DNA of 64,000 nucleotides, taken from contig CAWDEM010000004.1 in NCBI GenBank assembly GCA_963801355.1, positions 1,024,001-1,088,000 of the forward strand, written 5' to 3'. The translations under genes were made by a program, and so were the position numbers. The DNA is from Ignavibacteriota bacterium. Lineage in GTDB: Bacteria; Bacteroidota; Ignavibacteria; UBA10030; UBA6906. The notes under the pieces were generated by a model that saw only the letters and a program-made list of their open reading frames with translations, ran no database searches and had not been told where the DNA came from. Below, one piece after another: positions 1 to 9,371 of this stretch; the stretch's first letter is position 1, and every line of letters begins with the position of its first letter.

Positions 1-297
1 TCCGGTGAAATTCTTCGAGTTGAACGTGATGGCAAGTGAGCCGGTTTCTCCGGGGCGAAGATTCTCGTTCGAAACGATTGCGCCGGTGCAACCGCAGGAT
101 GCCTCGATGGGACCCAGGCGCAGCGGCTCATTGCCCGCGTTCTTGAGCGTGAGTGTGTGATCCACTACTGTGCCGCGAAGAACGGTGCCGAGGTCGAACT
201 TCTTCCCCTCCACAACAAGAAGCTTCGGCTGCGCAGATGTGATCGACAGGGTCATGAGCCCGGAACATCCGAGGAGAAAAAGCGCGCGCGTGTTCAT
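1..297 (-). CDS. DUF1573-domain (Ig-like) exported protein, 3' end truncated by window edge
   Basis: Own translation from ATG 297: MNTRALFLLGCSGLMTLSITSAQPKL...FDLGTV...LKNAGNEPLRLGPIEASCGCT...LRPGETGSLAITFNS; signal peptide plus the N-G-x-x-P-L...SCGCT motif of DUF1573. Not in the ORF track. Confidence 0.85.
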   Translation of the reverse strand, partial: MNTRALFLLGCSGLMTLSITSAQPKLLVVEGKKFDLGTVLRGTVVDHTLTLKNAGNEPLRLGPIEASCGCTGAIVSNENLRPGETGSLAITFNSKNFTG

Positions 298-317
298 AGT
301 CGGTATTGCCTTCCTGA

Positions 318-2324
318 TTACAATTCCCTTCCGGTGTCGATTGCTCTCAACGTTGCGCTGAGATTCATGCGATAGACGCCGCCGTGTCTCGTCCCTGCCA
401 GCAGGTAGCCGGTGTGACTGTCCCAGCTGATGGATACGGGTGATGTGGGGAGCCGGCGTTCGAGCACGCGTGTCCAGGTGGTGCCCCCGTCGGTCGACAT
501 AAACAATGTCCGTCCGTTGGCCAGCGCGACTACTTCGGACGGTGAAAATGGATCCATGGCCAGCAGCACCTGATCGCCGGTCTCCCATGGCGAGGTGTAT
601 CTCCCCCATTCGAGCCCGCCGTTCAGCGAGCGGTAGCAACGACCCTGCGGTGTCCACGCGTAGCAAACCTTCCTGTCGTTGCCGTCGAGCGAGATGAACT
701 CGATGGTGTCCTGATCGAGACCGAACCGGGTGACATCCCACGAAATGCCGCCGTCCGAAGACAGGAGTATGCCACGGACGCCCGCGCCGGCGTACACGGC
801 ACCCGCATCCGTCGGACGGAATGTGAATAAACGCGCAGGCGGATTATTCCCGGGAGGCCGGCACTCGCGCCACGTCGTTCCCCGATCAGTGGAATAGAAA
901 TTGCCGTTCGGCGAGGAGGCAAGTAGCCGGGAAGAGAACCAGGGATGCGGGACGACGATGGTCGGCGGAGCGGAGAGCGGGCGCGCGCACGCCTGCCATG
1001 TCGTGCCCCCATCCTGCGATGAGAATGACCCGAGTCCGGTCGTGACGTAGATCGATCCGCGCTGATGGCGGTCAAACGCACATGATGTGATGTCCCCACC
1101 TGCCAGACCTGATGTCAGAGGAATCCATCGGGCGGTGCCGGGAGTGGTCTTGAGGAGTGCCGGACCCGATGCCACGACAATGTCGTGGGTCAGGGGATCG
1201 GCTGCCATGACGTAGGCAGTCGTGCCGCCGAGGTGATAGTCAATGGTGGACCACGTGCGTCCCTCGTCACCAGAACGTTGGAGTCCGAGTGCCGGGCCGT
1301 ACACATACCACGTTGGTTGTGTTCCAGGGCCGAGCGTGAGGGACGTGCCCGCGGATGGAAGCGATTCCCCGGCACCATGCCAGCTCCCGCCAAAATCCGT
1401 GGAAATGAGGATACCGGATGCGGAGCCGGCGAGAAGCTGCCGGGCATGGGATGGATCGGGCACGAGCGACCGGATCTTATCACCGGTGATTGCCTCCCGC
1501 GACGGACTCCAGAGTGCTCCCAGGTTGCTCGAGCGATAGATACTGCCGGCATCGGTCCCGTACACAATGGTGGAACCGTTCCCGGATTCCATCACGACGT
1601 GTGTTATCGCGGCGGCGACGGTGGTTCTTCCGTCGACAAGCAGGCGCCATTGAGCAGCGCCGTCTTCCGACATGGCGAGCCCTCCGGTGCCGATGGCAGC
1701 CAGCATCCGGTCGGGACGGTCCGCATCGATACGGAGTGCGTACACCACCGCGTTGCGCAGGACGGAATCCGCGCCGCCATTTGCCGGGGCCCATGTCGCG
1801 CCGTTATCCGTCGATCGCAAGACGCCGTTGCCTTCGCTGCCGGCGAAGAATGTCCGGGTTTTCCAGGGATCGATCGCAAAGCACCTGACGGCCAGCCGCT
1901 GCGATGTGTCAGCGGGCAGTAGCCTTTGCCAGGAACTGGCCCCGTCGCGGCTGAGAAACAGTCCGCCCGCGGTGCATGCGTATATGGAGCCGGGAGTATC
2001 CGGGTGCTGCACGAAGGCATGGATCGTCATGCCGGGGGCGGGAGGAGTCCTGCGGATCCAAGACTCACCGTTGGATGCAGACAAAAAGATCTCCCCGTTC
2101 ACCATCCCGGCAAGAAGGTGTCCCTGGCTCTGCTTCAGCGGCATGAGGGTCGTGATCTCACGGGCATACGGGCCGTGGAGGAATTCCCATTGCAGTTCTT
2201 GCTCCGCAGGCGGCTCACAGCCTGCAATCATTCCCGCCAGGAGGGCGCAGGGAATGAGTGCGGGAAGGGGGAGCGATCGAATCGCACGGCGTGGTGTCCC
2301 GGCGGATTTTCGTGGAAGCATCAC
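318..2324 (-). CDS. BNR/Asp-box repeat beta-propeller lipoprotein (VPS10/YCF48/GH74-like fold)
   Basis: 668 aa; lipobox-like LAGMIAGC; about 12 Asp-box motifs (STDNGATW, STDFGGSW, SQDGGTTW, STDRGTTW, SSDGGISW, STDGGTTW and others). Confidence 0.8.
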   Translation of the reverse strand: MMLPRKSAGTPRRAIRSLPLPALIPCALLAGMIAGCEPPAEQELQWEFLHGPYAREITTLMPLKQSQGHLLAGMVNGEIFLSASNGESWIRRTPPAPGMTIHAFVQHPDTPGSIYACTAGGLFLSRDGASSWQRLLPADTSQRLAVRCFAIDPWKTRTFFAGSEGNGVLRSTDNGATWAPANGGADSVLRNAVVYALRIDADRPDRMLAAIGTGGLAMSEDGAAQWRLLVDGRTTVAAAITHVVMESGNGSTIVYGTDAGSIYRSSNLGALWSPSREAITGDKIRSLVPDPSHARQLLAGSASGILISTDFGGSWHGAGESLPSAGTSLTLGPGTQPTWYVYGPALGLQRSGDEGRTWSTIDYHLGGTTAYVMAADPLTHDIVVASGPALLKTTPGTARWIPLTSGLAGGDITSCAFDRHQRGSIYVTTGLGSFSSQDGGTTWQACARPLSAPPTIVVPHPWFSSRLLASSPNGNFYSTDRGTTWRECRPPGNNPPARLFTFRPTDAGAVYAGAGVRGILLSSDGGISWDVTRFGLDQDTIEFISLDGNDRKVCYAWTPQGRCYRSLNGGLEWGRYTSPWETGDQVLLAMDPFSPSEVVALANGRTLFMSTDGGTTWTRVLERRLPTSPVSISWDSHTGYLLAGTRHGGVYRMNLSATLRAIDTGREL

Positions 2325-2623
2325 CGGATTTGCTCCCCGAAAAACACGGTGACAAGATCGGCGGCGAAGCCCATAATGTTCCGGACGACTGCTTTTCCCT
2401 CTTTGGAGGAAAGCGCCTCATCCATGGCGTGCCGATGATCGAACGTGAGTTGAGCCACTACATGATACCTGGATTCGCCAAAGGCAGCGCCGTTGATGCG
2501 TGTCACCTGAAGCCCGCGGAGACCGGGCACCTTCTCCAACAACGGAAGTAAAGAATCGTGGAAGTGCACGTCGAATGATTCAGGGTTCTCCGGTTTGCGG
2601 AACAGGGCGTAAAGGGTAATCAT
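2321..2623 (-). CDS. EthD-family (dimeric alpha-beta barrel) protein
   Basis: 100 aa, MITLYALFRKPENPESFDVHFHDSLLPLLEKVPGLR...AQLTFD...ALSSKEGKAV; typical EthD pattern; stop overlaps the start of the next gene (GTGA). Confidence 0.8.
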   Translation of the reverse strand: MITLYALFRKPENPESFDVHFHDSLLPLLEKVPGLRGLQVTRINGAAFGESRYHVVAQLTFDHRHAMDEALSSKEGKAVVRNIMGFAADLVTVFFGEQIR

Positions 2624-2705
2624 TGTCGTCTATCGCATCCTCTTGCGCTACAGTAGCTTACAAGCAAATATAGCGAGGGGGAGAGGGAAAAGCAAACAGG
2701 CACGG

Positions 2706-2747
2706 CAGGCTCTCGTCCCACAGGCTCTCGTCCCAGGCTCTCGTCCC
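2706..2747. repeat. 3x tandem CAGGCTCTCGTCCC in divergent intergenic region
   Basis: Copies at 2706-2719, 2721-2734 and 2734-2747. Confidence 0.9.
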
Positions 2748-2794
2748 GGCATTCCCCGTCTTTTCTCTCTCTCGGTTTTTTTGTACCATTCACA

Positions 2795-5713
2795 ATGTCC
2801 CTGCCGGAATTTTCCCGTTTGGGTTTTGCTGATACGCGCCGCGCAGAGCGGGCACTGACCGCACTGCATGAGCAGATGCTCGCCTCCGGGAGCAGCTTCA
2901 CGCCTGCAGACCTTACGAAGGCTCTCTCCGTTCACCTTCCGGCGGCTCCGGATCCTGACCTTGCTCTTTCGGGGCTTCTCCGGTTTACCGAAGCCACGCT
3001 CAGCCGTTCGGGATTGTTCAACGATCTGCTGCAACACTCCGTTCTGCTCGATATGATGGTGCGGGTGCTCGGTGATTCAGTATTCTTCACCGACATACTT
3101 GTGAGGGATCCGGGTCTCTTCCGCTGGCTGACGGCTTCCGGTGTGCTCTCTGTTCCGCTGCACAAGGATGATGTGCGGGCCGACGTGCAGAGGTTGTGCG
3201 AGGCGTTCCCCCGGGCGGAGCGCCGGCTCGATGCCCTCCGTCGCCTTCTCCGCCGCGAAGTGCTTCGTGTGGGAGTGCAGGATATCCTCGGGCTGACCGA
3301 TCTCCGCTTCATTACATCCCAGCTCTCGGACCTTGCCGATGTGGTCATCGACGCTGTGCTGGTTGCCACGTGTGAGCAGTTGCGGCAGAAGTACGGCACC
3401 GTGCCTGCAGAGCCGTTCGCGGTCATCGGGTTGGGAAAACTCGGCGGGCGGGAACTCAACTACAGTTCCGACGTCGACCTGTTGTTCGTATACGGCGCGG
3501 ACGGGACCACCCCGGGTCTCTCATGTTCGCACCATGAGTTCTTTATTGAGCTCGCCGGACGGTTGGTGCAGAATCTGACCCAGCCCACGGCCGAGGGACA
3601 CATGTACCGCGTGGACATGCGCCTGCGCCCTGAGGCAGGTGCCGGTGCTCTGGCGCGCCCGGTGAACGGCTACCTCCTGTACTATGAGTCACGGGGAGAG
3701 CTGTGGGAACGACAAATGCTCCTGAAAGCGCGTCCGGTTGCCGGGTCCCGGGAACTGGGAGGGGGTTTCCTCACAGCACTCGAGCCATTTGTCTACCCGC
3801 GAACACTGATGGAACACCCGGGTGAATCGATTGCGCGGATCAAGGGACGCATTGAAGCGAGCATCGGCGATGCGGCAAACGTGAAGCTCATGGCAGGCGG
3901 GATACGGGATATTGAATTCATAGTCCAGGCGCTGCAGTTGATCCACGGCGGGCGTGACCGCTCCCTCCATACGGAGAACACCCTTGATGCGGTGGAGGCG
4001 CTCCGCAAGGCATCGCTGGTCGGCGAAACGGAGGCGCGTTCGCTCACCGAAGCGTATGTATTCCTCCGGACGGTGGAACACAGGCTCCAGACCATGCACA
4101 ACACGCAGGTCCACACGCTCCCGGCGGACGGGCGGGCACTCACGCGTCTGGCACGCCGTATCGGATTGACGTCAGGAAAGAGCCTGCAGCATGCAGTTGA
4201 CCGGCACCGGAGAAGCGTGCGCCGGGTATTCGATGCGGTGATGCGCGTCGAGCAGAGCGTGACCGGAGGAGATGTGTCGGCACTGCTCGATGGATTGCTT
4301 CCCGAGCAGATTGCCCGGCAGCTTCTGGAACAGCACGGGTTCCGGGATGTGCGCCAGGCGATCCGCGATCTGCGCGTCCTGAGCGGAGGGTCCGGGCTTA
4401 TGGACACGCAAGACACAGATGCACGGATCCGGAGCGGATTCAGAAAGATGGCGGGAGTTCTGCTGCAGGATGTGGCCGGGACTCCGGACCCGGATCTCAC
4501 CCTCCGCGGTATGGCGATTCTTGCCGGTGCCCAATCCTCTCCCGGAGGTTTTCACACTCAACTTGCCGATGCACGCTTCCGGAAGCTCATCACCGACATC
4601 TCCGCCTTTGGTCCATGGTGTATGCGCGCGCTTGCGGCTGACCCTCCGTTGCTCGATGCGATTGCCGGAGACATCACGGCGTTGAGTGTGCCGGCTCCAT
4701 TGTCGTTGCCGCCCACATCAAGCCTGGTGCACCTGAAACACCAACGAGAACTCCTGGTGTGTGTGCGCCACCTTCTGGGATTCTGCTCTTTCGAAGAAAT
4801 GACAGCAGAGTTGAGCAATCTCGCAGATTATATAGTGAGTGTCGTTTCAGAGGGTTCGACATCCGGTCCGCCACTGGCAGTATTCGCCGCGGGGAAATTC
4901 GGCACCCGGGAGGCGACCCTCGATGCCGATCTCGATCTGCTTTTTGTGACCCATGCCCCCCGGGGCCGTGAGCTTGCCGCGGCGGAACGGCGGGCCGCGG
5001 GCATCGTCGCGTCGCTGAGCACCATCGGCCCCGAAGGGCGCTTGTATGAAACCGACCTCCGGCTGCGCCCCGAAGGGCGCAATGCGCCGCTGGTTGTGGA
5101 TAGCGCCCGGTACAAAGAGTACCTGGCACGGCGCGCATCCCTCTGGGAGCGTCAAATGCTTACGCGAGTCCGCTTCGTGTGCGGTGACCGACAGCTCGGC
5201 GAGCGTGTGCTGCACATGCTCTTCGGGCATGTGTTCACGTCACCTCTCCCCGCCGGCTGGGTGGCGGACACCATCGGCATGCGCCGCAAAATGGAGACCC
5301 GCTCCCGCACACGGGGCAGTGCAATTGTCGACATCAAGCTCGGCCCCGGCGGCATGGCCGACATCGAGTTCCTCGTGCAGATGTGGATGATGCAGCGTCG
5401 ATCCCCTCCCCCGGGAAACAGAACGGTTCGGGCACTCCTTACAGGAGCCTCCGGGGAATTCCTTGAGGCCGCGGAGGCCGAACTGTGCAGGGAGGCCTAC
5501 GCGGCGTACCGGCGGCTCGAGCTCCTGCTTCGCGTCACACTGGAAGAGAGATCATCGATTCTGCCGACCGGCGCACGGCTCGATACACTGGCCAGGCGGT
5601 ATGGTGTGAAGAGCGGCGCAGAACTCGCCGCGACGGTGACCGGGACAATGCGGGAAATCCGCCGCGTGCTCATGAGTGCTGCGGATCGGCTTGCCAAAGG
5701 AGGAATGGGATAA
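2795..5713 (+). CDS. glnE: Bifunctional glutamine synthetase adenylyltransferase/adenylyl-removing enzyme
   Basis: 972 aa; two nucleotidyltransferase halves: GLGKLGGRELNYSSDVDLLF...YRVDMRLRPE...WERQMLLKAR...GGIRDIEF and GKFGTRE..DADLDLLF...DLRLRPEG...WERQ...GGMADIEF. Confidence 0.92.
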   Translation: MSLPEFSRLGFADTRRAERALTALHEQMLASGSSFTPADLTKALSVHLPAAPDPDLALSGLLRFTEATLSRSGLFNDLLQHSVLLDMMVRVLGDSVFFTDILVRDPGLFRWLTASGVLSVPLHKDDVRADVQRLCEAFPRAERRLDALRRLLRREVLRVGVQDILGLTDLRFITSQLSDLADVVIDAVLVATCEQLRQKYGTVPAEPFAVIGLGKLGGRELNYSSDVDLLFVYGADGTTPGLSCSHHEFFIELAGRLVQNLTQPTAEGHMYRVDMRLRPEAGAGALARPVNGYLLYYESRGELWERQMLLKARPVAGSRELGGGFLTALEPFVYPRTLMEHPGESIARIKGRIEASIGDAANVKLMAGGIRDIEFIVQALQLIHGGRDRSLHTENTLDAVEALRKASLVGETEARSLTEAYVFLRTVEHRLQTMHNTQVHTLPADGRALTRLARRIGLTSGKSLQHAVDRHRRSVRRVFDAVMRVEQSVTGGDVSALLDGLLPEQIARQLLEQHGFRDVRQAIRDLRVLSGGSGLMDTQDTDARIRSGFRKMAGVLLQDVAGTPDPDLTLRGMAILAGAQSSPGGFHTQLADARFRKLITDISAFGPWCMRALAADPPLLDAIAGDITALSVPAPLSLPPTSSLVHLKHQRELLVCVRHLLGFCSFEEMTAELSNLADYIVSVVSEGSTSGPPLAVFAAGKFGTREATLDADLDLLFVTHAPRGRELAAAERRAAGIVASLSTIGPEGRLYETDLRLRPEGRNAPLVVDSARYKEYLARRASLWERQMLTRVRFVCGDRQLGERVLHMLFGHVFTSPLPAGWVADTIGMRRKMETRSRTRGSAIVDIKLGPGGMADIEFLVQMWMMQRRSPPPGNRTVRALLTGASGEFLEAAEAELCREAYAAYRRLELLLRVTLEERSSILPTGARLDTLARRYGVKSGAELAATVTGTMREIRRVLMSAADRLAKGGMG

Positions 5714-7557
5714 TGGAGAGGATGCCGTTGGTGATGCGCCCCGCGGTATGGGCTGCCGGTGTTGCGTCGGCCGGCCTGACCATCTACCTGCTGACATCGT
5801 CACCCACTGTGGGCTTCATCGACAGCGGCGAACTGGCCACGGTGGCGGTGACGCTCGGCATCGCCCATCCGACTGGATATCCGCTCTTCACGTTGCTCGG
5901 GTGGATCGCGGCACATATCCCGCTGGGATCGGAAGAGATCGTCCGGCTGAATTGGATGGCGGCCCTCTACACCGCGGGCGCGGTACTGATGATTTTTCTC
6001 TGCGCCTACCGGTTGGTCTCGTTGCTCGGGCAGCGCCTCCCCGGCGGAAAAAAAGCGGATGCATTGCTCCTGCTCTCTGCGTCTGCGGGGGGAACGATGA
6101 TGCTGGCGTTCTCGGAGACCTTCTGGCTCCAGGCGGTCGCCGTCGAGGTCTACTCGCTCCATCTGTTGCTGCTGGGGATTGTTCTTCTCCTGTCATTCCG
6201 CGCCCGGGATGAGCGGTTGCCCCTGTACTGGTACGCCGCTGCGTTTTTTCTCGGGCTGAGCTTCACCAATCATATGACCACGATAATGCTGCTGCCGGGT
6301 CTGCTGTATCTGTACTTCGCGGACGGTCCGCGGGGACATTCGCGCTGGACGGTGGCGGGAAAGTCGGCCGGATTTTTCCTGCTCGGTCTGACACCGTATC
6401 TGTACCTGCCGCTGCGGGCTGCGCAATCACCGGTCATGAACTGGGGAAATCCGACTGATCTCGGACGGCTGCTGTCTCATCTGAGCGGGAAACAGTACAG
6501 CGTCTGGATCTTCTCGTCGCCCGAAGCAGCGTCACGCCAGCTGTCATATTTTCTCACGTCCATCCCGGGCGAATTCGCCGTTGTCGGACTGGTCTGCGGC
6601 GTCATCGGCGCCGTGGCGCTCTGGCGGGCGCACCGGAAGACCGCGATTGCGACTTTCTTGCTGTTCGCCGTGTGCGTGTTCCAGGCGGTCAACTACGATA
6701 TTCATGACATCGATGCATATTTCCTGCTGGCATACGTGTGCACCGGTCTCTGGGCGGCCTGCGGTCTGTTCAGTGTTGGGGTATGGTGGGGACGGAAGGT
6801 CGGACGGGCGAAGCAATGGTGGTGTGTGATCGCCGTCGCGATGGGCGTCATTCCTCTCTTCGTGCACTACGCGCGTGTCGATGAAAGTGAGAACTATCTG
6901 GCCGACGACTACACGCACAACATGTTCGCCTCATTGCAGCCGAGCGCAGTTGTTCTGTCGTATCAATGGGACTACTGGGTTTCGGCGTCGCACTATTATC
7001 AACTGGTGCGCGGTGAGCGGAATGACATTGCTGTTATTGACAAAGAGCTCTTGCGGCGATCGTGGTACTTCCACGTGCTGGAATCCCGGTATCCCTGGCT
7101 TATCGAGGGTTCGCGTCCGGAGGTGGAAGGATTCCTCAAGGAACTGTACAAGTTCGAGCACGGTCTCCCGTACGCATCGCAGGTCATCGAGGCAAAGTTC
7201 ACCGGAATGATTCTGAGCTTTATCGACAAGAGCATGCCGGCGCGGCCCGTGTATGTGACTGCAGAGATAGAAGAACAGTATACCGGGGGGCTGCGGAGGG
7301 TTCCGGAGGGGTTGGCGTTCCGCCTGGTGAGGGGGAACGCGCTGGTCGCCGTGCCTGCGCTCCCCGACTTCCGGATACGTCCGTTTGCCCGGAAGGGGAG
7401 GATTGAGGACATGTTCTGGAGGTTGTACGCATCCGCGTACCGGGCGATCGGGGAACAGCTGCTTCTGACGGGGGATCGGGAGCAGTCGCAGAAGGCATTT
7501 TCGCGGGCAGCCCGTCTGGGGGTGGGAGACGCGGGAAATTCCGGCCGTTTCGAATGA
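5713..7557 (+). CDS. DUF2723 / TMEM260-like GT-C membrane glycosyltransferase
   Basis: ATG overlaps the glnE stop (TAATG); motifs DSGELAT, GIAHPTGYPLF, AVEVYSL, NH; about 11 hydrophobic segments. Confidence 0.85.
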   Translation: MERMPLVMRPAVWAAGVASAGLTIYLLTSSPTVGFIDSGELATVAVTLGIAHPTGYPLFTLLGWIAAHIPLGSEEIVRLNWMAALYTAGAVLMIFLCAYRLVSLLGQRLPGGKKADALLLLSASAGGTMMLAFSETFWLQAVAVEVYSLHLLLLGIVLLLSFRARDERLPLYWYAAAFFLGLSFTNHMTTIMLLPGLLYLYFADGPRGHSRWTVAGKSAGFFLLGLTPYLYLPLRAAQSPVMNWGNPTDLGRLLSHLSGKQYSVWIFSSPEAASRQLSYFLTSIPGEFAVVGLVCGVIGAVALWRAHRKTAIATFLLFAVCVFQAVNYDIHDIDAYFLLAYVCTGLWAACGLFSVGVWWGRKVGRAKQWWCVIAVAMGVIPLFVHYARVDESENYLADDYTHNMFASLQPSAVVLSYQWDYWVSASHYYQLVRGERNDIAVIDKELLRRSWYFHVLESRYPWLIEGSRPEVEGFLKELYKFEHGLPYASQVIEAKFTGMILSFIDKSMPARPVYVTAEIEEQYTGGLRRVPEGLAFRLVRGNALVAVPALPDFRIRPFARKGRIEDMFWRLYASAYRAIGEQLLLTGDREQSQKAFSRAARLGVGDAGNSGRFE

Positions 7558-7598
7558 CCCACAAACCCCGCTTTTGAGCAACAAAGCATCTTTTTTGA

Positions 7599-7626
7599 TT
7601 GACTATTTGTCGGAATTTCTTATATT
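7599..7626 (+). promoter_or_regulatory. Sigma70-type promoter for tRNA/r-protein cluster
   Basis: TTGACT-16 bp-TATATT in an AT-rich patch upstream of tRNA-Thr. Confidence 0.65.
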
Positions 7627-7700
7627 ACTTTGCTTAGCCGTCAAAGTTACCCCGGTAGTCACGCCGTGTTGGTGGGGCGCGACGAGGGGGTGTTCTGTCT

Positions 7701-7773
7701 GCTGGCGTAGCTCAATCGGTAGAGCAGCTGATTTGTAATCAGCAGGTTATCAGTTCAAGTCTGATCGCCAGCT
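7701..7773 (+). tRNA. tRNA-Thr(TGT)
   Basis: Acceptor GCTGGCG/CGCCAGC, anticodon arm GCTGA-TTTGTAA-TCAGC, T-loop TTCAAGT; CCA not encoded. Confidence 0.96.
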
Positions 7774-7836
7774 CAAGAGGACAGGTTCTGCGTCGCAGGC
7801 AGGGTCGACAGTTCGCTCCCGGAATGGGATGTGGTG

Positions 7837-7847
7837 GTTCTTTGAAA
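7837..7847 (+). promoter_or_regulatory. boxA-like antitermination element
   Basis: GTTCTTTGAAA directly before tRNA-Tyr, preceded by small hairpin TCCC-GGAAT-GGGA (7817-7829). Confidence 0.5.
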
Positions 7848-7849
7848 GC

Positions 7850-7932
7850 GGGCAGGTAGCGAAGTGGTCAAACGCAACAGACTGTAAATCTGTCGGCTCC
7901 GGCCTTCGGAGGTTCGACTCCTCCCCTGCCCA
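7850..7932 (+). tRNA. tRNA-Tyr(GTA)
   Basis: Acceptor GGGCAGG/CCTGCCC, anticodon arm ACAGA-CTGTAAA-TCTGT, long variable arm, TTCGA. Confidence 0.96.
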
Positions 7933-7937
7933 CAACC

Positions 7938-7979
7938 AATTGACGATAGTCCATGGACAATCGACTATGGTCAATGGGT
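7938..7979. repeat. Palindromic 7-bp-periodic element
   Basis: AATTGAC GATAGTC CATGGAC AATCGAC TATGGTC AATGGGT; ends pair as a hairpin. Confidence 0.7.
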
Positions 7980-7995
7980 CGCGGGTGTGCGAACT

Positions 7996-8068
7996 GCGGG
8001 AGTAACTCAGTTGGTAGAGTCACAGCCTTCCAAGCTGTTGGTCGCGGGTTCGAGTCCCGTCTCCCGCT
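7996..8068 (+). tRNA. tRNA-Gly(TCC)
   Basis: Acceptor GCGGGAG/CTCCCGC, anticodon loop CTTCCAA, TTCGAGT. Confidence 0.96.
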
Positions 8069-8071
8069 CGG

Positions 8072-8112
8072 ACAATTGTGGATTGTGGATCGACCTTCCA
8101 CAATTGTGAATT
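8072..8112. repeat. Palindromic 7-bp-periodic element (28-bp unit shared with 37051)
   Basis: ACAATTGTGGATTGTGGATCGACCTTCCACAATTGTGAATT. Confidence 0.75.
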
Positions 8113-8116
8113 GGTT

Positions 8117-8189
<73 letters not shown>

Positions 8190-8256
8190 CAAACGGTGGT
8201 CCACGCAGCACATCACCGCCACCACGCCAGACATCACAGAGAGCACCGAGGTTCAC

Positions 8257-8406
8257 GTGAGAGACATCATCACCCTGGAATGCACCGACTGCAAGCGGCG
8301 GAACTACACCACAACGAAGAACAAGAAGAAACAGACGGGCCGGGTGGAGTATAAAAAGTACTGCCGTTGGTGCGGCAAGCACACGACACACAAGGAAACG
8401 CGCTGA
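8257..8406 (+). CDS. rpmG: 50S ribosomal protein L33 (Zn-ribbon form)
   Basis: Own translation: [49 protein letters not shown]; GTG start after GAGG. Confidence 0.97.
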   Translation: MRDIITLECTDCKRRNYTTTKNKKKQTGRVEYKKYCRWCGKHTTHKETR

Positions 8407-8450
8407 CCCGGCCTGTGTTTGCGGGCAACGGTGTGCCCCTGTCTGCGCAC

Positions 8451-8524
8451 ACGTCAGTAGCTCAATTGGCTAGAGCAGCGGTCTCCAAAACCGCAGGTTG
8501 GGGGTTCGAGTCCCTCCTGACGTG
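8451..8524 (+). tRNA. tRNA-Trp(CCA)
   Basis: Acceptor ACGTCAG/CTGACGT, anticodon arm GCGGT-CTCCAAA-ACCGC, TTCGAGT; canonical position before secE. Confidence 0.96.
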
Positions 8525-8537
8525 CAAATAAAATCCC

Positions 8538-8576
8538 GATTGACAGTCGTCAATGGACTAGTGACTATTGTCAATG
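8538..8576. repeat. Palindromic 7-bp-periodic element
   Basis: GATTGAC AGTCGTC AATGGAC TAGTGAC TATTGTC AATG; ATTGACA...TGTCAAT inverted ends. Confidence 0.7.
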
Positions 8577-8607
8577 TTGTCTTATGCGATAGTCCGTGGA
8601 TATTCCC

Positions 8608-8790
8608 ATGAAAGAAAAAATCATCAATTTCTTCACCGACGTGGTGAAGGAAATGAAGAAGGTCACCTGGCCAAAGAAGGACGATCTGCGCGACTCCACG
8701 ATCATCGTGCTCCTCGTCTGCCTCATCATTGCCTTCTTCGTATGGGTGGTTGACACCGGCATCAGCTTTGTGATGCAGCAGATCCTTTAA
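8608..8790 (+). CDS. secE: Preprotein translocase SecE
   Basis: FFTDVVKEMKKVTWP motif plus one TM helix; upstream of nusG. Confidence 0.95.
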   Translation: MKEKIINFFTDVVKEMKKVTWPKKDDLRDSTIIVLLVCLIIAFFVWVVDTGISFVMQQIL

Positions 8791-8807
8791 GAGCAAGGGC
8801 GACCCAG

Positions 8808-9341
8808 GTGGACAAAAAATGGTACGTGGTCCGCACGTATTCGGGCCATGAAAACAAGGTCAAAGCCTATCTCGAGAACGAGGCGGCGCAGGCGGGGTTG
8901 TCGGAAAAGATCTCGTCCGTTATCGTGCCGTCCGAGAAGGTCTTTGAGGTGAAAGACGGGAAGAAGAAAAGCAAGACGCGCACCTTCTTTCCCGGCTACA
9001 TCCTCGTGGAAGCTGTGCTGGACAAAGGCACGCAGCACCTGATCCTCAATACACCCTCGGTCATCAGTTTTGTCGGGCCGAAGAACGCGCCCGCGCCCCT
9101 CCAGCCTTCCGAGGTGCGACGGCTCATCGGGAAGATCGAGGAACGGAAGGATGTGGAAGTGCTCGAAATCCCCTTCCGTCTCGGCGAAGCGGTCAAAGTG
9201 ATCGACGGGCCGTTCAACAATTTCAGCGGTTTCGTTCAGGAAGTGAACGAAGAGAAGATGAAACTCAAGGTCATGGTATCCATCTTCGGCCGGAAGACTC
9301 CGGTGGAACTGGATTTTAGCCAGGTGGAACTCGAGAAATAG
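8808..9341 (+). CDS. nusG: Transcription termination/antitermination factor NusG
   Basis: WYVVRTYSGHENKV, FPGYILV, KOW DGPF..F.G, IFGRKTPVEL. Confidence 0.98.
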   Translation: MDKKWYVVRTYSGHENKVKAYLENEAAQAGLSEKISSVIVPSEKVFEVKDGKKKSKTRTFFPGYILVEAVLDKGTQHLILNTPSVISFVGPKNAPAPLQPSEVRRLIGKIEERKDVEVLEIPFRLGEAVKVIDGPFNNFSGFVQEVNEEKMKLKVMVSIFGRKTPVELDFSQVELEK

Positions 9342-9371
9342 TGTTTGTCTGAATAGCGGAAAGCACCAGTC

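Noticed and set aside
5485-5712. N-terminal 76 codons of the 690-aa ORF call
   Set aside because: Overlaps glnE; the ATG at 5713 coupled to the glnE stop is the more plausible start.
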